Origin: Octopus sinensis | Taxonomy: Eukaryota | Assembly: GCF_006345805.1 (NCBI RefSeq) | Contig: NC_043003.1 | Location: 86,862,001 to 86,926,000, forward strand | Direction: 5' to 3' | Length of the DNA: 64,000 nucleotides | Part shown: positions 55,280 to 64,000 of the stretch, piece by piece | Position numbering within the stretch: the stretch's first letter is position 1 | How the letters are laid out: every line of letters starts with the position of its first letter | Made by a program: the position numbers and the translations under genes | The notes under the pieces: model-generated | Seen by the model: only the letters and a program-made list of their open reading frames with translations | Database searches by the model: none | What the model was told of the DNA's origin: nothing

Positions 55280-56337
55280 ATATTAAAGCTTAATTTTTCT
55301 TAAAGAAACACTCAGTGCCACTTTTCCCACCTCGCCCAGCCATCACGTACTCGCTTTCAAAAAGCTAAAATCTCCTAATGTTTCATGTTCATCTTATGTT
55401 TCATGCATGCGTAGAATTGTACAGAAATAGAAAGCGTAAAAAATACCAGATCACCACCAGAAAACCAGATATACTAGAAACAACAGGTATCCGACATTAT
55501 TTCTAAAGAAACTTTCCCGCTTTCCAAAAAGCTAAAAACGAAACATCGAGAGTTTGTAACTTTTTGAAAGTGGTGAGGTGATGGATGGATGTTTGGGAAG
55601 GAGATTTTAGTTTTTCTTTAAGAAAAAAGGAAGACAGATTCGTACTCACTTTTTTCTCCTTGGGTTACTAAGAGAAACATTTTTTAAAACATTTTAAAAT
55701 GAAGAAATTGGGATGGTGAGGGAGAAAATTAAAATATTGAGAACGTGTTTTTGGGGCGAAATCCTAATCTCCTGTATAGAAAACATAAAAAACGGAAGAA
55801 ATTTAGGAAACAAATAAAGACGGAGGACGCAAATGCCGCATCCGACATGCTAGAAACAACAGATAAATAACGAAAGTGAAACATTAGAAGCAAATCGAAA
55901 TATTGTCCAAAAATGACAATATTGTGCGACCCAACCTTGTTTCCGAGATTATTTTAGAAGTAAAAAGGAGTTGTTGTGCCAAAAACATAGATTATTCGGT
56001 AGATAGATAAGCAGCTTCCTTTATCATAGTACAGATGTGGCTAATTTGTAGAGACATTGCTTTCATTATTCACACATCATCACTATCGTAATGCAAAACT
56101 TTGTAAATTTGGTTCAAATTGAAAGTGTGAAACTATATTCACTTTCTAATGAAACCTGGTAGTTGTAGAGCAGTGTATTTCAAATAGCTATAGCTGGTTG
56201 TTGGGATAACGTAGAAAATATGTAAATGAAAATAAAGTTTATTTAGTAGCCGAAAGATTACAGAACATTTTGATACCCCATACGTCAAAATCGGCTCAAG
56301 GAACGTACGCACACTCCCACACATACAAACTCCTTTA
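54852..56337 (+). mobile_element. Helitron/Helentron-like non-autonomous element with degenerate internal inverted repeats
   Basis: Start ACTGGCAG..CCCGGCGTTGCCCTGG hairpin, end CACACATACAAACTCCTTTATA; degenerate IR between ~55105-55360 and ~55560-55760. Confidence 0.4.
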
Positions 56338-56339
56338 TA

Positions 56340-56340
56340 T

Positions 56341-56431
<91 letters not shown>

Positions 56432-56476
56432 TAGATAGATAGATAGATAGATATAGATACATATATATATATATAC

Positions 56477-56529
<53 letters not shown>

Positions 56530-56632
56530 GTACATATATATGCGTGTGTACACATATATGCATGTATCTATATATACACGTATAACTATGCATATATAAA
56601 TATATACGTATATATACATACGTATATATATC

Positions 56633-56663
<31 letters not shown>

Positions 56664-56721
56664 TATATATATATATATATATATAAATAAATACGTATAT
56701 ATATATATCTATATATATATA

Positions 56722-56756
<35 letters not shown>

Positions 56757-56780
56757 GATATATATATATACGTATTTATT

Positions 56781-56836
<56 letters not shown>

Positions 56837-56839
56837 TTA

Positions 56840-56889
<50 letters not shown>

Positions 56890-56909
56890 TATTATATATA
56901 TAATATATA

Positions 56910-56949
<40 letters not shown>

Positions 56950-57302
56950 CATATACATGTGTGTATATATATATATATATATACAGAGAGAGAGAGAGAG
57001 AGATACACACGCTGTTGAAATATAAAGCCCAGTCATCATCGATAAGAGTGGTGGAGTAACGTTGTAGAAACCACCTCGTTGGCTCGCTTATTCATTTATG
57101 TACTTTACGTGGCTGCTTTTTGTCATATTTGCATTTCTGCTATGTTGTCATGCTTTCTTTAATATTCGGTTATCGTTTGTGTTCGATGTAGGACTTTGCA
57201 CTAGATACAAGCCATTACGAACGTTATGAGGTTTAAATAACACTCCTGCAATACAAGTTCTACCATGTCATAGATTTGTTTTGTTTTTCTCACACATACA
57301 CG

Positions 57303-57337
<35 letters not shown>

Positions 57338-57340
57338 GTG

Positions 57341-57371
<31 letters not shown>

Positions 57372-57676
57372 ATGTGTGTGTGTATAAGCACACATACACA
57401 CACACACACATATATATATATACACACACACACAGACACACACACACACACAGGGTTTGGACAAAATAATGGAACATCTTAAAATTTCAAACAAATTTAT
57501 TTTAATATAGATTAGGACCGTCTTTGGCAGTAATTACAGCTTGAATTCTACGCGGTATGGACTCGTACAAACTTTGAATTGTTTCCAAAGAAACCATCTC
57601 CAGTTCTTGTAGTGATGAGGGTGGAGGATATGAACTCCTTACTTATTTTTCTAAAATACACCATAAATGTTTATTA

Positions 57677-57722
<46 letters not shown>

Positions 57723-57794
57723 GAGAGGAGAGAGAGAGAGAGAGAGAGATAGATAGATAGATAGATAGATAGATATAGATACATATATATATAT

Positions 57795-57856
<62 letters not shown>

Positions 57857-58044
57857 GTACATATATATGCGTGTGTACACATATATGCATGTATCTATAT
57901 ATACACGTATAACTATGCATATATAAATATATACGTATATATACATACGTATATATATAATATATATATATACATTATATATATATATATATATTATATA
58001 TATATATAAATAAATACGTATATATATATATCTATATATATATA

Positions 58045-58079
<35 letters not shown>

Positions 58080-58120
58080 GATATATATATATACGTATTT
58101 ATTTATATATATATATATAA

Positions 58121-58158
<38 letters not shown>

Positions 58159-58161
58159 TTA

Positions 58162-58212
<51 letters not shown>

Positions 58213-58223
58213 TTATATATATA

Positions 58224-58270
<47 letters not shown>

Positions 58271-59010
58271 CATATACATGTGTGTATATATATATATATA
58301 TATACAGAGAGAGAGAGAGAGAGATACACACGCTGTTGAAATATAAAGCCCAGTCATCATCGATAAGAGTGGTGGAGTAACGTTGTAGAAACCACCTCGT
58401 TGGCTCGCTTATTCATTTATGTACTTTACGTGGCTGCTTTTTGTCATATTTGCATTTCTGCTATGTTGTCATGCTTTCTTTCTTTAATATTCGGTTATCG
58501 TTTGTGTTCGATGTAGGACTTTGCACTAGATACAAGCCATTACGAACGTTATGAGGTTTAAATAACACTCCTGCAATACAAGTTCTACCATGTCATAGAT
58601 TTGTTTTGTTTTTCTCACACATACACGATATATATATATATGTGTGTGTGTGGTGTGTGTGTGTGTGGTGTGTGTTGTGTGTGTGTTTGTGTGTGTGTGT
58701 GTATGTGTGTGTGTATAAGCACACATACACACACACACACATATATATATATACACACACACACAGACACACACACACACACAGGGTTTGGACAAAATAA
58801 TGGAACATCTTAAAATTTCAAACAAATTTATTTTAATATAGATTAGGACCGTCTTTGGCAGTAATTACAGCTTGAATTCTACGCGGTATGGACTCGTACA
58901 AACTTTGAATTGTTTCCAAAGAAACCATCTCAGTTCTTGTAGTGATGAGGGTGGAGGATATGAACTCCTTACTTATTTTTCTAAAATACACCATAAATGT
59001 TTATTAATAT
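56340..59010. repeat. ~1.33-kb tandem duplication of a microsatellite-rich unit carrying a Tc1-like end
   Basis: GCTGTTGAAATATAAAGCCC at 57011 and 58332; Tc1-type end CAGGGTTTGGACAAAATAATGGAAC at 57451 and 58782. Unique parts are nearly identical. Confidence 0.9.
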
Positions 59011-59033
59011 ATATATATATATATATATATTAT

Positions 59034-59083
<50 letters not shown>

Positions 59084-59173
59084 TAGATAGATAGATATTT
59101 AATTGAGTATATATATTATATATATATATATATTTAAAAAAGGAGATGTGGAACACGAGTGTGATATATAAAA

Positions 59174-59627
59174 AAAGGAAATGAAGAAAATGCTGACAAA
59201 ATAATTTAAGTAAGGGAGAGTGTATTTAATTAGGTGAAAGTTCCTTTTACCGGTTGCGCATTTGTTATGCTTATCAAAAGATATTTTTTAAAGAGAGATA
59301 GAGTTCCTTTCTGATAGATTTTTCCTCTTATCTGACTTTATGTTGGGTTTGCTGTCTCTTATATGTGAAAAAAGAGGCTCCAGAGTTGTTTAAGATTTGC
59401 TTAATCTTAAACAACTCTGGAGCCTCTTTTTTCACATATAAGAGACAGCAAACCCAACATAAAGTCAGATAAGAGGAAAAAATCTATCAGAAAGGAACTC
59501 TATCTCTCTTTAAAAAATATCTTTTGATAAGCATAACAAATGCGCAACCGGTAAAAGGAACTTTCACCTAATTAAATACACTCTCCCTTACTTAAATTAT
59601 TTTGTCAGCATTTTCTTCATTTCCTTT
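59174..59627. repeat. Near-perfect 454-bp palindrome (arms ~224 bp, 5-nt loop)
   Basis: Arms 59174-59397 and 59403-59627 are reverse complements; I found only one homopolymer-length difference. Loop TGCTT. Confidence 0.95.
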
Positions 59628-60158
59628 ATATATATATATATATATATGTGTATATATATAATTAAATATATGTATATAGTCGGTTATAATAACCGACTAA
59701 GGGATAACATATCCGTATATTCTATCGCTATCCATTACTCGTGTTATCTCTGGGCATTGGTGGCAGGCATACTGTGCATGTAGAGTGCAAGTAACAACTG
59801 CATAAACAAATATAAATAGTCAGAAAATAGAGAAAGACCTCAGAGAAAGCAAACACATCGATTGGACCATATTTATAGCTTATTTTTGAATACAAAGCCT
59901 TACATAGCATGTAGGCGGTCCAATCGATGTGTTTGTTGATTTGAGGTTTTCTCCATTTTCTGATTATTTATACATAATTGAATATATATATATATTAAAT
60001 AAGTTCGCTGCTGGTTTCTCTGGAGACTATCAGAATGATGTAGACGACTCTGATAAGAACCCAATAACTTTTGAAAATCAGTTAATACTGTTCACCAATT
60101 CTTTTCAGTCTGCAGAAAAATGGCTAAAATTTGCTCTGTTTATAATTATACCATATGT

Positions 60159-60197
<39 letters not shown>

Positions 60198-60268
60198 GTA
60201 CTGGGAGGATAAGAAATGGAACGAAGCGACGAATCGAAACGAACCCGACGCGAAGGCGCTATCAGACA

Positions 60269-60568
60269 ATAGTGTAATAAATAAAATATATGCATACATA
60301 CAAACATATATGTACGTACCTACATCTACATGTATATATACATGCATATATAAATATATATACGTGAGTACAGGACACCACAACTAGACGTAGAACTCAA
60401 CGAGAAAAAAAATGGCTTTTCCGTTTTCGTTTCTCGTTGAGTTCTACGTCTAGTTGTGGTGTCCTGTACACACGTATATATATTTATATATGCATGTATA
60501 TATACATGTAGATGTAGGTACGTACATATATGTTTGTATGTATGCATATATTTTATTTATTACACTAT
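60269..60568. repeat. Inverted repeat with 139-bp arms and 22-nt spacer
   Basis: 60269-60407 versus 60430-60568, one mismatch seen. Single-arm relatives at ~51760-51910 and ~54660-54830. Confidence 0.92.
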
Positions 60569-61937
60569 ATATATATATATATGTATATATATATAGTTAT
60601 GGTATATTCTGTTAAGAACGAAGTAGAGTACGGTAAGAACCTCATCCACCGTCAGATTTGACTCTGCGCTATCCAGTAGTAGTATTATACGGGCTTCCAG
60701 ATTTGGGTTTGGGCTTCTGTCGTGTGTGAATAGATAACTGAAAAAAATTTGGAGTCAACAAGAAAGAGTACGGCTGGACATTTATTTCCAATCGCTACAA
60801 TTATTTGTATATGTGTATGTATGTGAGTGCGCGTACATATCCGTTTATGTGTGCTTGTATATGGGTGTGTGTTTGAGTGAGTGTGTGCGTGTGGTGGGTG
60901 AGTGAATGCAACTTTAGATTTATGTTGATTGATAAGTTCCAAACTTAAAATTAATGGATCACTTTGGTTTGGCTGCCAGCATCATTTTCTCTTCGAATTG
61001 ATTTCATATTCCATGTAATGATACACTATTATAGGCTAATGTATGAAGTGAAAATCCTTTTCGTTATAAATCGATAAATAAAGAGTTAGTAACAATTAAA
61101 TTTTGAAAATTTTGGGTAATTTTAGCTAATCGTAAGCCACAGACACAGTCATGCCTGTTTCCATAGTAACAAGCCAAACATTAGAACTCTTTAGTCAGCT
61201 ACAAAGCACGTTTGTTGACAAATATTCTCTACGCGATGCCACCTGCGTTGATGCTGTGTTCTGTTGCTTGTGCCCATTTGTTGCTTGTAGCCTGGTCGTG
61301 AGATGTGCTAAAAATAACAGTTAAATATGCCTTAAATCACGCTCCCCGCAATTTTAATTATTCTTTTTGTTTTCTTTTTTTTTTGCATAATCGTATGAAT
61401 TCTCGTGTGTGGAGTACAAATTCGAAAAACCTTTCTGAAAATTCCAACTTTTAAAAAAGTTATGAGGGGTTCTATGTCGTACGTTAAGCAGAATTTGATT
61501 TATTTATAGTTTCATATAAAAACACGTGCTATTTTCAGAATGTTGGCAACACGTGCAGTCACACCCAAAATGACAGCTTCCAAATTCTGTTTCCTTACTC
61601 GGTGAAGATGATTAAACTTTAAAACCTCTATAACTTTTTTAAAACATTTTACAGGAAAAAGTGAAATAACTCTAGCAATTCAGCTTGGAAAAGTATATTA
61701 ATGTGCCAAATTTTAAAATTTTATATAAACTTTAATTTTTGAAATGCTGGGTCTATATGCTGAACTAAACTCTTCAAGGCTGTGCCCCAGCATTAGACGC
61801 AATCCAATAACCGGTTAAAGAGTAAAGGATTAAAACAATATACATACATACACACACACATACCATACTTAATTTTGAATATTTATCAATCATACGGAGA
61901 ATATAAATAATATAAATGTATCGTTAATAAATTAGAT

Positions 61938-62163
61938 CCGTGGTTCTCAACCATTTTTTGTCTATAGAACTCTTTGATACCTATTTGATTCTACCAGACC
62001 CGCATAGACATTTGATGTTAAAAAAATTTCAGGAATTGTACTAAAAAATTGTTAAAATATTTTGTTTATTGAAGTAGTATAACCATTTTATTGCACATAA
62101 ATTCTAACAACTAAATTTTATACGGAGCCCAAAGGCCATATGGACCTCGGTTGAGAACCACTG
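61938..62163. mobile_element. hAT (Charlie-type) MITE
   Basis: TIRs CCGTGGTTCTCAACC / GGTTGAGAACCACTG; 8-bp TSD AATTAGAT / GATTAGAT. A related end lies near 39655-39670. Confidence 0.8.
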
Positions 62164-62365
62164 GATTAGATCTACGGTATTTCTCTCCATAGTTTATCAG
62201 ATTTACGATTATTGCAAATTTATGCCTTCGATTTCGTCCCATAGTTTGGAACGTGACGCAAGAGTTAGGATGATAGGTAGGTAGGCATGGAGGTAGATAA
62301 GTAGGAAGGAAGGTACTTGTATATTGATATATAAACTTCCTGTATTAATATATTTGTTTACTCAC

Positions 62366-62612
62366 ATCTTCTCGCTGAAGAAATGGATTTTAACAAACTA
62401 TTCGAGGTACTTTCAGCTTTTTGTGAGTGTTTTACTAATGTATGTGTTTCTATGCGGTCTTTGTCCCGCTGGAAAGTGCAATCAGATGTCATCAAACTAC
62501 TCCCACCACCTTCAAAAAGTGCATAGCTGAGGTAATGAAGGAATTGTCTATGCAGTCGCTCGATCACAGCCATGGGGACATATTGGATGATGGGCCTTTC
62601 GATACATTATGT
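62366..62612 (-). other. Candidate spliced exon of an unidentified - strand transcript
   Basis: Strong acceptor TCTTTTGTTTTATTTTTTCCAG and donor GTGAGT; ATG at 62573 opens MAVIERLHRQ...SARR up to the donor. Confidence 0.4.
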
Positions 62613-63310
62613 CTGGAAAAAATAAAACAAAAGATAGAATGGTCATTTCTGGAACACTTTTGATCATAGACCTGCTCCGTCGGGGCTTAATGAGGCTAGA
62701 CGAAAACATCAATGCATACTAAGTAAGTTAGACACTTTTGGTTGGAAGTTTGATGCTTTAGATATTCGAGCAATTACGAACGACAGTTAAAGTTATGAAA
62801 GTAAGTAAATAAAAGAGAGGCAGCAGATATGCAAATATGAGAGTGACGAAACAGTAACTAAAGCACTGTGAAAACAAATATGTATATTTCTGTCTAGTAA
62901 ATATAATCACTTAACCACGTGTGAATTTTAATGAAACGGAGAGTGTTTGGACAAGTTAAATATATTTACAAAACAACAATGAGGTTAAGTTATGCACCTT
63001 TTTGCATAATGAACGTATGTACAATGAACAGTCGTCAGTTACAAAACAATGTCTCTTCGGCACTTGGTGGGAATATAGATTTTATATGTTATTTGAAGTA
63101 TAGCATTTTAAAACGGTAAAGGTTATTTTTAAAAGAGATTTGACTGCTGGTTCATCAGGTCGAACTACTGTGTGTGTTTGCACACGCGTGTATGAGTGTA
63201 TGTGTGCGCACGTGTGTGTGTGCACACGTGCGTGCTTGTGTGTGCACGGTTGCGTATGTGTATTTATTTATATATATATTTATATATATATATATATACA
63301 TATATATATG

Positions 63311-63351
<41 letters not shown>

Positions 63352-63438
63352 TTGTGTGTGTGTGTGTGTGTGTATGTGTGTTTGTGTGTGTGTGTGTGTG
63401 TGCGTGTATGTACACGCATATGTTCATACATATATATA

Positions 63439-64000
63439 TAGGGTGCGTTCAAAATGTATCCGACTTTATTTTTCTCGCTAAAACTAATATTGCATGGACA
63501 AAATCCTTTGGATGAGAGGTAACGCTACCCTTCCTGGGCATAGGTGAAAATTCTCGCGCCGATAGGCCACGTCAGTTCCCGGCTGTTACATCTAGTGTGC
63601 GCTCGCTGGGTTTTCGTTTACACGCAAAACGACCGAACGTATCGAGCAGAGACCGTAAATTCATGTCTCATCACCAGTGATGATGGCCTTCATGAAGTCT
63701 TGGTTGTGGTTTGCACAGTCCAGCGTGGAGTTGCTTCCGCTGATCTGCCATCACTTTGGGGGCTAATTTCGCTGACATTCTCCGCATGCACAAATCCTCT
63801 GTTAAAATGGAATGCAATAATTCAGTACTTATTCCCACTCTGTGAGCAATTTCCTGCATTGTTACACGACGATTTTCTATTATTATTCACCAAACTTCTC
63901 AATCGGCTCCACGTTTTAGCTTGTGCATGGACTGCCTGAGCGTACCTCACTTTCCACTGAGGTGCGGCCAAGCTTGAAGCAGTTGTACCACTCCTATTTC
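63439..64000 (-). mobile_element. Degraded mariner (DD34D) element, continues beyond the window
   Basis: TIR-like TAGGGTGCGTTCAAAATGTATCCGAC; - strand peptides EIAHRVGISTELLHSILTEDLCMRRMSAKLAPK and FMKAIITGDET. Confidence 0.8.

Noticed and set aside
60047-60085. Minimal hammerhead-like motif GACT-CTGATAA-..-GAAA-ATC-AGTT
   Set aside because: The conserved G8 is absent and stems II and III are poor; at best a decayed PLE hammerhead. I saw no intact hammerhead in the window.

Overview
AT-rich eukaryotic animal DNA, saturated with microsatellites and transposon remnants. The SINE landscape and mollusc-type ferritin suggest a coleoid cephalopod, probably Octopus (inference). The only confidently identified gene is a + strand H/soma-type ferritin: exons 2-4 at 2091-2237, 3068-3193 and 7566-7715, poly(A) signal at 7990; exon 1 and any IRE lie upstream of the window. 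Most of the rest is tRNA-derived SINEs, RTE, Dong/R4-like, CR1-like and Penelope-like retroelement fragments, Tc1/mariner, hAT and pogo remnants, and MITEs. Most ORFs in the supplied track are translated microsatellites. Unexplained structure: (1) a compact TATA/CCAAT/E-box unit on the - strand with only tiny ORFs, convergent with ferritin; (2) many long fold-back inverted repeats embedded in microsatellites, some tied to Penelope-like sequence; (3) head-to-tail SINE multimers sharing one hairpin junction at separate loci; (4) a TIR element flanked by a 33-bp duplication; (5) a ~555-bp (TAA)n-targeted non-coding unit within a Dong/R4 cluster; (6) candidate orphan exons and a miRNA-like hairpin. 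All calls were made by eye; repeat boundaries are approximate.
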